Source: a virus (lineage: Duplodnaviria; Caudoviricetes). From it: 64,000 bases of DNA. Under the pieces are notes generated by a model. The model saw nothing but the letters and a program-made list of their open reading frames with translations. It searched no databases and was not told where the DNA came from. This document shows positions 22,045 through 31,632 of this stretch, one piece after another (position 1 is the stretch's first letter; each line of letters opens with the position of its first letter). Position numbers and translations under genes: made by a program. Where the stretch lies: positions 98,118-162,117 of IMG/VR virus record IMGVR_UViG_3300037067_006336; one strand, given 5' to 3'.

Positions 22045-23021
22045 CGAAAGAACAGGAAAAAGAATTAGAGTGTTTTAACATTGTACTAAAGAACCGTGCC
22101 GGTAACGTGGAGAACGAATACGCGTGGATGTTAACCGACGTGTTGTTAACCGGGAAGGAAAGGAGTAACAGGACAGGTATAAAAACACTGGTAAAGCACG
22201 GGAACTTCATGAAGCTTGACGTTACCGGTGGCAAGTTCCCCGTGTTAGCAGGCAAGAAGATGTTCCCCCACATGGCGTTCACCGAGATGCAATGGTTCAT
22301 GAACGGGAGGACGGACATCAAGTACATGAACGATCGTGGGGTAAGATACTGGGATAAATGGGTGCTACCGGACGGGACTATAGGGAAATCATACGGTCAC
22401 CAGTTCCGTGATTTCAACGGTGTTGACCAGCTATCGAGAGTGGTGGATATCATGACAACAGACATCGACTCCCGTCGTAACATACTATCATTATGGAACC
22501 CTGCCGACCTCCACGACATGGCGCTTGAACCATGTGTTGACAGGTACATGGTAGAGTGTGACCCGGTAAACCAATCGGTTATAGAGGTTGACCTTCACGT
22601 CACGCAGAGATCGTGTGACATGTTCCTGGGTGTTCCTTACGACTTCATGCTTGTTACATCATTCATCAACGTCTTGTGCGCACATGCCAGTATGATCACG
22701 TCGAAATATTACACCCCGAGGACAATCCACTACACGTTTGATAACTACCACGTGTACGAGAACCAGGTAGATGCATGCATGCAGTACTTGAGGAACGTGG
22801 TAGGGGACAAGGATGGTTGTATCACGAGCAATACCGCGATCATGGGGTTAGACGATATTTACATATGTGGGAAATACCCTTCTGACGTTGAACTAACCAT
22901 CGATCACACCCTGGAAGCCATTGGTGCATCATTCGATTTCGAGAAGAAGACATGGGGGTGTCTGAAGTTACGCAACCTCCCCTCGGTCAACGGTATTATT
23001 AAATGTGATGTAGCGGTTTGA
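22038..23021 (+). CDS. thyA: Thymidylate synthase family protein with Asp in place of the conserved substrate-specificity Asn
   Basis: NRTG, YGHQFR, DQL, SRR..LWNP, ALEPC, QRSCDMFLGVPYD, HVYEN. Confidence 0.88.
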   Translation: MLTKEQEKELECFNIVLKNRAGNVENEYAWMLTDVLLTGKERSNRTGIKTLVKHGNFMKLDVTGGKFPVLAGKKMFPHMAFTEMQWFMNGRTDIKYMNDRGVRYWDKWVLPDGTIGKSYGHQFRDFNGVDQLSRVVDIMTTDIDSRRNILSLWNPADLHDMALEPCVDRYMVECDPVNQSVIEVDLHVTQRSCDMFLGVPYDFMLVTSFINVLCAHASMITSKYYTPRTIHYTFDNYHVYENQVDACMQYLRNVVGDKDGCITSNTAIMGLDDIYICGKYPSDVELTIDHTLEAIGASFDFEKKTWGCLKLRNLPSVNGIIKCDVAV

Positions 23022-23025
23022 TACC

Positions 23026-23538
23026 ATGGAAGAAATCGATATAAAAATAAACAAGTCAAAGGTTGACCGAGAGTTGAAGTCATACCCCCGTGGAACAATA
23101 TTCCCATCCATCTATGGAGGTTTCTGGCATAGGGTTTACGGTGGTTTCAAATGGTGTAACGGGGCAACGTTCCCGGGACCAGGAGGGGACTGGTGCGGGG
23201 AGGTGATACTACCATCAGGGTGGTGTTTCATCAACGGTGACAAGTGTAAACCATATGTAATCATGGGTATACACGGGGATAAACTCATGATTTGTCATGG
23301 TGATGTGATAATACATACACATGTGTCAACGGTCGAACCATACGATAAAGAGGCGTGTAATGTACTGGAGGGAATAGAGAACCGTTTACATAACCCGCAT
23401 ACGATTGAAACACTGGCTTTTTGTTCAATTTGTGATAAACCTTACGTACTCGGGTTTCATATACAAAACCGCACTTACCTGAACACCTTTCTTGATATGT
23501 GTCATAACTGTTCGGATGAGGTATTGCACCAAGGGTAA
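23026..23538 (+). CDS. Hypothetical protein with C-terminal CxxC..CxxC
   Basis: CSIC and CHNC. Confidence 0.5.
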   Translation: MEEIDIKINKSKVDRELKSYPRGTIFPSIYGGFWHRVYGGFKWCNGATFPGPGGDWCGEVILPSGWCFINGDKCKPYVIMGIHGDKLMICHGDVIIHTHVSTVEPYDKEACNVLEGIENRLHNPHTIETLAFCSICDKPYVLGFHIQNRTYLNTFLDMCHNCSDEVLHQG

Positions 23539-24017
23539 TGATTGATAGTATGAATATTTTGGGATTTAACATTATTTAATAATGGAAGAAAGTAATAAAT
23601 TCTTGGATGAGTTACAAGGCATTGTAATGAACAAGTTCAGGAGCGTAACCAATATCCTCAAGGTTTTAAACGTTTACCACGTTGGTTTCATGGTGGATGC
23701 CAGCGAGTTGTTAACAAGGTACGGGTTAACGGGGTCACGGTAGGGTTGGATTTCCACTATCTTGAAAAATGTGATAACAAGGTAGCATACATGTACAAGG
23801 GTATTCCTATAAAACCTGTTGCATATTATAACCGTCCGGACAATTACCGGGAGGTGCCAACACTAGAAATCCTACGCGAGTGCATCAAGCAAGACAAGTA
23901 CAACCCGGACATCAAACACCTGGAGTGCCCTGGTAAACCCGAGGGTAATTTCGTCATGCACCATCGGGTTTAAACAAATATGCAGGATATAGAGATTGTA
24001 TTTAAAAATATTAAATA

Positions 24018-24275
24018 ATGGCTGGGACAGTTTACATAAAGGTGCGAGGGGAATATAACAACATCATAATCAAGAAATTCAAGTGCAAGGATTCAACCAG
24101 GGCGCAACAGTTATTCAAGAGGGAGAAACGAGCGACAGATTACCGTTTCGTGGATAAACACGGTGATATCCCCAGGTCATGGCTTAACCACCAGGAACCA
24201 AGGATAAAAGAAACCATACCGGTCACTCTCGAGGGATTTGAAGCCTTGATGAAATCAAGGGGGATGACGTGGTGA
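24018..24275 (+). CDS. Hypothetical protein
   Basis: ORF 35 nt after CAGGATAT at 23983. Confidence 0.55.
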   Translation: MAGTVYIKVRGEYNNIIIKKFKCKDSTRAQQLFKREKRATDYRFVDKHGDIPRSWLNHQEPRIKETIPVTLEGFEALMKSRGMTW

Positions 24276-24303
24276 ACCGTATGAAAATATAAAAATACAT
24301 GAT

Positions 24304-25020
24304 ATGATTTACATGGGTTCCAAGGCTAGGATCAAGAAAGATATCCTCCCCGTCATACTACAACACAGGAAGAATCACAAGCAGTGGTACGTGGAGCCTT
24401 TCACAGGCGGTATGAACGTCATATGTGATGTCCCGGGTAACAGGATAGCGAACGACATAAACCCTTACTTGATATCAATGTTCAAGGCCTGTTTAGATGG
24501 ATGGAAACCATGTTATATAACGGAGGAACAATACAAGCATATACGGGATAACAAGGATAATTACCGTCCTGAACTAGTTGGCTGGGCTGGTTTCTGTTGT
24601 AGTTTCGGTTCTAAATTCTTCGGTGGCTACGTCGGTGGAGTACGATTGATTAAACGAGGAGACGGTAGTTTTGGCAAGCGTGACGACCAGAAAAATTCAT
24701 ACATCAACTTATCACGCCAACTTGATAAATTACGAGGTGTTGTTATTTTAAACAATGATTACAAGGAATTATTTATACCACCAAAAAGTATAATATACTG
24801 TGACCCGCCATACAAGGGAACCACTGGTTACAAGGTTGATTTCAACCATGTTGAATTCTGGGAATGGGTAAGGGTTAAAACACTGGAAGGACACCATGTG
24901 TACACGAGCGAGTACGATGCACCACCAGATTTCAAATGCATATGGGAAAAGGAATTAATATCTTCTTTAAGATTTGATGGCACTAAATCAACCGAGAAAT
25001 TATTCGTTTACAATCCTTAA
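24304..25020 (+). CDS. DNA adenine methyltransferase (Dam/D12 class)
   Basis: YMGSK, YVEPFTGG, NDIN, YCDPPY. Confidence 0.9.
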   Translation: MIYMGSKARIKKDILPVILQHRKNHKQWYVEPFTGGMNVICDVPGNRIANDINPYLISMFKACLDGWKPCYITEEQYKHIRDNKDNYRPELVGWAGFCCSFGSKFFGGYVGGVRLIKRGDGSFGKRDDQKNSYINLSRQLDKLRGVVILNNDYKELFIPPKSIIYCDPPYKGTTGYKVDFNHVEFWEWVRVKTLEGHHVYTSEYDAPPDFKCIWEKELISSLRFDGTKSTEKLFVYNP

Positions 25021-25030
25021 AAATATTACC

Positions 25031-25489
25031 ATGAAGAATACAATAGTCGTTGACATAGACGGCACGATATCGAATGACTCACACAGGAAGCATTACCTTA
25101 CCGGCAAGGTGAAAAACTGGGAAGCGTACTTCGGTGCTTCTATTCATGATGAACCTGTCAAAGACGTGATCGAACTCGTTAACAGGTTGTGGGAATCAGG
25201 TATGAACGTGGTATTCTGCACCGGTAGACCTGAATATACCAGGGATATCACGATAAACTGGATATGGGTTCATTTCCCAACAAGTTTCACGAATGAGATG
25301 GAATACTCTTTAATCATGAGACCCAGCGGTAACACCGAGGGTGATGACACGTTGAAAGTGAAGATGCTGGAAGAGGCAGGGTATTCACCTGATGACGTGT
25401 TATTCGTGATAGATGACAGGAACAGGGTCGTGAAATCGTGGAGGGAAGCAGGGTACACATGCCTGCAACCGGTGGAAGGAAATTTTTAA
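25031..25489 (+). CDS. HAD-family polynucleotide 3'-phosphatase (T4 PseT C-terminal-like)
   Basis: VDIDGT, CTGR, MRP, IDDR. Confidence 0.85.
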   Translation: MKNTIVVDIDGTISNDSHRKHYLTGKVKNWEAYFGASIHDEPVKDVIELVNRLWESGMNVVFCTGRPEYTRDITINWIWVHFPTSFTNEMEYSLIMRPSGNTEGDDTLKVKMLEEAGYSPDDVLFVIDDRNRVVKSWREAGYTCLQPVEGNF

Positions 25490-25503
25490 TAATTTATATT
25501 TAT

Positions 25504-25900
25504 ATGATGAACAAGGTAATGGTTTTCCTGTCAAACAGGGAAAGACTTGAAAACGAGTTGCTGGAAATAAGACAACAACTGGAAATTGAAAAGAAGATAC
25601 TGGCTGATACCAGGGAAGAAATCGAGGAAAACAATCCTTGATTTAAACGAGGAATGGTGCATAAAGCGCTCCGAATTCGAGAGGTTGTCATCCAGAGTGG
25701 ATAACATGGATGAAGCTGTTGACTTGATGGAGCTAGGCAGACAGTACGCGGCGATGACGTACGAGAGGGATGTTGCGTTAGAACAAGTTAAATCGTGGAA
25801 ATGTGAATATGACTCCATGCTGGACAAGTATATTACAACAGTTGATAACCAGAACGAGTACTTGAAAAACTTGCTGAGAAGAAAACAGTTATTAACATAA
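25504..25900 (+). pseudogene. Coiled-coil gene apparently split by a +1 frameshift in an A-run near 25627-25630
   Basis: Removing one A joins ..EEIEE to TILDLNEEW.. in frame. Confidence 0.45.
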
Positions 25901-25963
25901 TGTAGATTGGGTGGTGACATCATAAAACCGTTGATGTATGTAATAACTGGAGGGAATAAAATC

Positions 25964-26230
25964 ATGGGCAAGGAATGCTTCACGTGCGCTCACAAGTCTA
26001 TTAACGCAACGTTAAAAGAAGAAAATGTTAATTCAAAGGTAGAACACCTTGGTGAAACCTATGAAATAGTCTGACATATACCGTCTATTGAATCTAAATG
26101 TGACTTGACCGGTAACACCATAAAACAAATCGATCCCGCGTGTTCCAGGTACGAAGGGAATAAATCAATGGAAGAGATAAGGAAACAATTGTCATTAACG
26201 GCCAGGAAAATTCGAGAAGGATCGTGTTAA
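25964..26230 (+). pseudogene. Small Cys-rich ORF with an internal TGA at 26072-26074
   Basis: MGKECFTC..EIV*HIPSIESKCDLTG..PACSRY..; the frame stays open for about 51 codons after the stop. Confidence 0.4.
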
Positions 26231-26314
26231 ATACACTGTCAATGACTTGTTATTTTTAAACAGTTATCACATAAAAATATTTTATTAACCTTTAAACGGA
26301 AATAATATACTAAA

Positions 26315-27430
26315 ATGAGAAAATTAGCCTCGATACAAAGAATCGGAAATTTAGAGCCGATACAAAATGCAGATGTAATTGAAAAAGCCACGGTACTGGG
26401 ATGGTATTTAGTGGTTAAAAAGGGTGAATTTTCAATAAATGACTTGTGTGTTTACTGTGAAATTGATTCTATTTTGCCCGAAAAACCAGAGTTTGAGTTT
26501 TTAAAAGATAAGAAGTACAGGGTTAAGACCATTAAACTCCGCGGTCAAATTTCACAAGGTATCTGTTTCCCGCTTTCCATTTTACCTGGAAATACAAGGG
26601 TGATAGAGGGGTTAGATGTTACAGGGGTACTTGGAATTAAAAAATGGGAACCTTACCAGGATGAACAAAAATGCGTAAGACAAACCGCTAAAATAATGTA
26701 CCCTGGATGGATGCCACGATGGGTTCAAAGGATAGTACATGAATTCAAGTTCGTTAGAGAATATTATCGCCGAAACTCGGGACAAAAAAGTTTCCCTTCT
26801 TTAATCCCGAAAACTGATGAAACCAGGGTACAGGTTTTGCAATCCTTAATTGATAAATACAAGGGTGTAAAATGTTATTACACTGAAAAACTTGATGGTA
26901 GTTCCATAACCATTTACCAGATAAACGGGAAGTTCGGGGTTTGCAGCAGGAATATTGATCTAAGACGCGATAAAACAGATAAATTCTGGAAAACTGTTTT
27001 AGCACACGATTTAGAAAACAAGTTCAAGAAGTATTTCGCTAATGAAAATATCGCGTTACAAGGTGAACTTATCGGTGAAGGGATACAAGGTAATAAATAT
27101 CGTTTAAAAGGTCTGGATATTTATTTTTTCAATGTATTTTTCATAAAAAGATACGAATATGGGAACATTAACGATCTTATTGATGTTTGTGAAAAATTAC
27201 ATGAAAAAACCGTACCGGTACTTGATACTTGTTTTGAATTGGTAAATTCCATACCCGAACTAGTGGAATTAAGCAAGGGAACAAGTAAATTGAATGAAAC
27301 CATGCGGGAAGGTATCGTTATTCGCCCTCTTGTAGAAATAGAAGACAAGGAAATTCATTGCTAACTAGTTAAAAATAGGGTTTCATTCAAAAGTGTCAAT
27401 CCCGAATTCTTACTGAAACACGGGGAATAA
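26315..27430 (+). pseudogene. RNA ligase (Rnl5/DRB0094 family) with a premature TAA at 27362-27364
   Basis: MRKLASI, EIDS, LRGQISQG, PKTDETR, TEKLDGSS, QGELIG, EGIV; motif V RVSFKSVNPEFLLK lies in frame after the stop. Confidence 0.8.
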
Positions 27431-27456
27431 CGTATCCCTATTTTAATTTACCATTG

Positions 27457-27504
27457 AAACAACCATGACAGGAACCCCTTGAAAGTCCCCGTCATGGTTG
27501 TTTT
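27457..27504 (+). terminator. Intrinsic terminator
   Basis: AAACAACCATGAC / GTCATGGTTGTTT stem with T-run. Confidence 0.7.
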
Positions 27505-27552
27505 ATTTCACCCCGCAGGATATGAGAACTGGAACATTATAAAAACATAACC

Positions 27553-30500
27553 ATGAGAATATTACATTACGCGGACGTGCAGGTGAAGGACGAGGGTCAC
27601 GCACATCTAAGGAAACCAACGTCAACGGTATTGAGGGACATAGAGGACATCGTCCGTTCCAGGAACATCGAGTGTGTCGTCATACCAGGGGACCTGTACG
27701 AGCACTGGAAACCAACCGAGGTAGAGAGGAAGATGGTGTACAACCACCTTACCAGGTTACTATCGATCGACACCTTGAAGGAACTGGTGCTCATAGACGG
27801 GAACCACGACATACCATCTGACAGGATCAGCACGGAGGATAACAAGAACCACACAGCCCTGTCCGTGTTGAAAGACATGGTTGATTGCATGGGCACGGCA
27901 CACAAGGACAAGTTACGGTACTTCGTGAACAGCGGGGTATACCAGTCGATAACATCTCCCGAGGTCATGTTCCAGGTGTTCTCCTTGAATGACGGTACGT
28001 TCCCGGTAATGGTGGATGACCTGGAGGGTAAATCGGTGATAGGGGTTTATCATGCGATGATGCGCGAGTATGCCCTTGATAAGAAGATACCACTTAGGCA
28101 GGATGTGTTAAACTCCCTTGACACCATGGATGTTTTCCACCCTGGTTCGGTGGTAATGGCCGGTGACATACACGAGCCGTGGGAATACTCCAGTGATAAC
28201 GGTGTCATGTTCCATTACCCGGGATCAACACAACAACACACCCACAACGAGGGTAACTTCGCGGTATTCACCAACGACAAGCATGATTTCTCACCAACCC
28301 AAGCCAAGCAAGTACTGTTACACGATGTGTCAGGTGGGAAAGTATCGACATCCTCCATCAAGTTACCAGCGCGGGTATACTACCAGACGGTTGAACTAGA
28401 CAGGGAAATAACGATTGAATCCTTCAAGGATAACTTTGACATGCTATTTGACACCATCAATGTCATGTCGGAGACGTTGATGCTTGTAGTCATGAAGGTT
28501 AAATCATGTACCAGTCTACTGTCAAGAGAGATGGAGATACGGGATCATATCGTAATGAAGTTCAATGGTTCGAAGGTAAGGTTACACATTGAACCATTCG
28601 AGTACTCCAAGGTAGTTAGCGAGCAATTAGCATCTACCAATAAAGTCGTACAGGAGATAATGACCGGGAAGGATGAACATGACGACAAGGAACAACAATC
28701 CTCTGTTGATTCACTATCGCTAACCAACGAGCAGATAATAAAGTTATTCAAGTCCGTATCATGTGAGGCGGTTAAGAACTTGAAACTAGAGGATGTAAGA
28801 CAGGCTGACGTGCTAGATATACTTGACAAGACCTTCATAGAGCAGTTATCCATCACGAACACAGGTAACAAGAGGTACTCGATAGAGTTACTAGAGATAC
28901 AGACATCATCAGGTTTCATGATGCTGGCCCCCGGTAATAATATCACGCTTGACATACCAGGGTTGACAAGGATAACAGGATCGAACGGTCTAGGCAAGAC
29001 AACAATGTACAACATGCTGCGGTGGGCCATAAAGGGGGTGTTGTACGATTGGATGAAGATGAACAACATGGTGAGGAACACGGAACCCGTATTCAACAAC
29101 AAGGTCGTGGGGCATGATGTTGCGGATTGCTTGCTGAATACCAGGGTCAACGGCACGATTGTCAAGATACGGCGAGTGGCATCAAGGACATGGAAACCAT
29201 CTACCACTGACAAGCAGAAACTATCTGACAAGAGAATGAACCATGTTGCATCTATAACAAGGTCACTAACACTAGAGATTCACAAGGTGGTCGATGGGGA
29301 GACAAGGGTTAACAAGATCACGGATGATGAAGCGCAGAACTTGATCAACACGTGGTTCGGTAACGTCATCGACACCATAACCATACTCGATGCCCCCAAG
29401 CTATCAGCGTTGTTGAAGAAGGAACCAGATGATTTGAACTCCATGGTACTTGACATGGTCGGTGTGGATTACCTGGTGAAACTGGAGAATAACCTACCTG
29501 TTGTCAAGAATGAATTGATAGACATGAGTGTTCCGAAAAGGAAGAAGGATATCATAATATCGGAAAGGGACTCGATCAAGCAGGAGATATCTGATAATAA
29601 TACCAGGTTGACGGGTATACGAGATCACATCGATGAATCATTAAAATTAAAAGGGAACATCGAGGATGAATTACAATCGATCAATGGAAGGTTGATCGAT
29701 ACAGGTAACATAAAGCTCATGATAGATGACAAGGAGAAGGAAATAACGGTTATCGATACTAAAGTTGACTCGTTCGTTACTGTGGAACTCATGACACGTG
29801 ATGAAACAGTGCATCATGAACCTGTTAAGGATGTTAGTTACTTACATGAGATGGAAGCAAACCTCAAGTCCAAGAAGGCATTGATGGATAGTTTGATTGT
29901 CAAGGTTGAATCGAGTATGGTCACACTTACCAAACTAGATCATGACGTACTCGATTCCAAGTCATCATGTGTTAACAAGCTAAATAACATCATCGATAAT
30001 CTTACCATCAAGAAAGACGAATTACTATCAAGTAAGATATCATGTTTCAATACTGCTATCAATGCTTGTTTAACCATACATGACAAGTTCAAACAGAAGC
30101 AGGTTGATAACAACGAATCGATATCCTCTATCAACATGACGATATCAAACATCCGTAATGATATATCAAGACTCGAGAAGTCAATGATTGATGGTGTATG
30201 TGACAAGTGTGGTTCGATACTTGATGGTGACAAGGATACTCATGAAGCACATGTCATCAAGGTTAAATCAGACATCATGATGTTGGAACAAACATTAGGT
30301 GAATCGATATCAAACGTTACAAAGCTATCAAGTACATCTAACACCATATCATCATACGTTACAACATACTTCAATACCATATTGAGACTTAAGGATCATG
30401 ATACATCAACATTACTTGATGACATGTTAATACTTGATCGAACAGGTATGAACACAGTTATATTCATCGATGAAGTAAACAGGATTAATCATGATATCGA

Positions 30501-31599
30501 TAATGTAACACGAGATATCATGACATGTTCTACCATGATCAAGGATATAAACAATGGTATCATGATCGATAGTGTGGATAGCATCGATATCATCAAGGAA
30601 GAATATGATACCATGAAATCAATGGTATCGAGACGTGATGAGTACAAGGTTATTCATGATGGTATTGTTGAATCAACATCAAATGATAAGAACAAGTTAT
30701 TGAACGATGTAATCATGATAGAGACAAACATCAAGGAGTTTAATGATGGTCATGATATCAAGGTAAGAGAGTACATCGATGCATTGAACAAGCAATCCGA
30801 ACATAATACCATTGTTGACAAGCACAATCATGATGCGATGGAATCAAGGATGGCACACGAGGTAAACATCATGCAAGCCTCGAAAGCAAGGGAAGAACTA
30901 GTTAACTTGAACGGGAAACTACCTTTTTACCTGGAATTGTTATCATTACAAGAGGGTAGGACAAACCAGTTAACATCATTGAACGCCAGCATCGATCAAA
31001 CTAACACCCTTTTAATATCATGTAATGACAAGCGTGTTAACGACGAGAACAAGCTGTTAATACTTGACAAGGAGTACAACGATTACATGGAATACCAGGT
31101 TAAGAACGAGGTTTACAAGGTTTACTCTAAACTGGTAACAGGTGATTTCAAGGGAGTTGTGTTCGAGTATTACAGGACGTTCCTGAACAACACGTTGAAC
31201 AACCTGCTAGGTGATGTTTACTTCCGTTTGTTCTGGGATACGAGCGGGGTATTGATGCACCTTGATTTCAGGAACGGGGTAATGTCAAGCCAACCTGTTA
31301 ACCAGTCCAGCGGGATGGAATCGTGTTTCCTGGCACTAACACTGGTATATACCATGCACTTGTTAAATGTTAAGAACTCCATATCGCATATATTCATAGA
31401 CGAGATCAGCGGCATGTTGAACGACGGGAAGGGCTTGAAACATGATGCCAGGAATTACAAGGAACTACTGGTAATGGTACTGTCCAAGTTCACCCACAAG
31501 AATGTCGTCATAATAGACCACACCATAGAGGAGTTGTTCGAGACGTACAATTACGACGTGTTACCAGGGGAGAAAGGTTCCGTTTACATTGGCAGGTAA
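27553..31599 (+). CDS. SbcD (Mre11)-SbcC (Rad50) single-chain fusion nuclease/ATPase
   Basis: LHYAD, PGDLY, DGNHD, GDIH; GSNGLGKT, coiled coil with CDKC hook, SSGME signature, FIDE. Confidence 0.88.
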   Translation: MRILHYADVQVKDEGHAHLRKPTSTVLRDIEDIVRSRNIECVVIPGDLYEHWKPTEVERKMVYNHLTRLLSIDTLKELVLIDGNHDIPSDRISTEDNKNHTALSVLKDMVDCMGTAHKDKLRYFVNSGVYQSITSPEVMFQVFSLNDGTFPVMVDDLEGKSVIGVYHAMMREYALDKKIPLRQDVLNSLDTMDVFHPGSVVMAGDIHEPWEYSSDNGVMFHYPGSTQQHTHNEGNFAVFTNDKHDFSPTQAKQVLLHDVSGGKVSTSSIKLPARVYYQTVELDREITIESFKDNFDMLFDTINVMSETLMLVVMKVKSCTSLLSREMEIRDHIVMKFNGSKVRLHIEPFEYSKVVSEQLASTNKVVQEIMTGKDEHDDKEQQSSVDSLSLTNEQIIKLFKSVSCEAVKNLKLEDVRQADVLDILDKTFIEQLSITNTGNKRYSIELLEIQTSSGFMMLAPGNNITLDIPGLTRITGSNGLGKTTMYNMLRWAIKGVLYDWMKMNNMVRNTEPVFNNKVVGHDVADCLLNTRVNGTIVKIRRVASRTWKPSTTDKQKLSDKRMNHVASITRSLTLEIHKVVDGETRVNKITDDEAQNLINTWFGNVIDTITILDAPKLSALLKKEPDDLNSMVLDMVGVDYLVKLENNLPVVKNELIDMSVPKRKKDIIISERDSIKQEISDNNTRLTGIRDHIDESLKLKGNIEDELQSINGRLIDTGNIKLMIDDKEKEITVIDTKVDSFVTVELMTRDETVHHEPVKDVSYLHEMEANLKSKKALMDSLIVKVESSMVTLTKLDHDVLDSKSSCVNKLNNIIDNLTIKKDELLSSKISCFNTAINACLTIHDKFKQKQVDNNESISSINMTISNIRNDISRLEKSMIDGVCDKCGSILDGDKDTHEAHVIKVKSDIMMLEQTLGESISNVTKLSSTSNTISSYVTTYFNTILRLKDHDTSTLLDDMLILDRTGMNTVIFIDEVNRINHDIDNVTRDIMTCSTMIKDINNGIMIDSVDSIDIIKEEYDTMKSMVSRRDEYKVIHDGIVESTSNDKNKLLNDVIMIETNIKEFNDGHDIKVREYIDALNKQSEHNTIVDKHNHDAMESRMAHEVNIMQASKAREELVNLNGKLPFYLELLSLQEGRTNQLTSLNASIDQTNTLLISCNDKRVNDENKLLILDKEYNDYMEYQVKNEVYKVYSKLVTGDFKGVVFEYYRTFLNNTLNNLLGDVYFRLFWDTSGVLMHLDFRNGVMSSQPVNQSSGMESCFLALTLVYTMHLLNVKNSISHIFIDEISGMLNDGKGLKHDARNYKELLVMVLSKFTHKNVVIIDHTIEELFETYNYDVLPGEKGSVYIGR

Positions 31600-31632
31600 G
31601 GTAAGTATCAGATAATTTCAAAAATAAAGAAA

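Noticed and set aside
26072-27364. Stop-codon reassignment
   Set aside because: TAA, TAG and TGA all end core genes normally; the internal stops are isolated and of different types.
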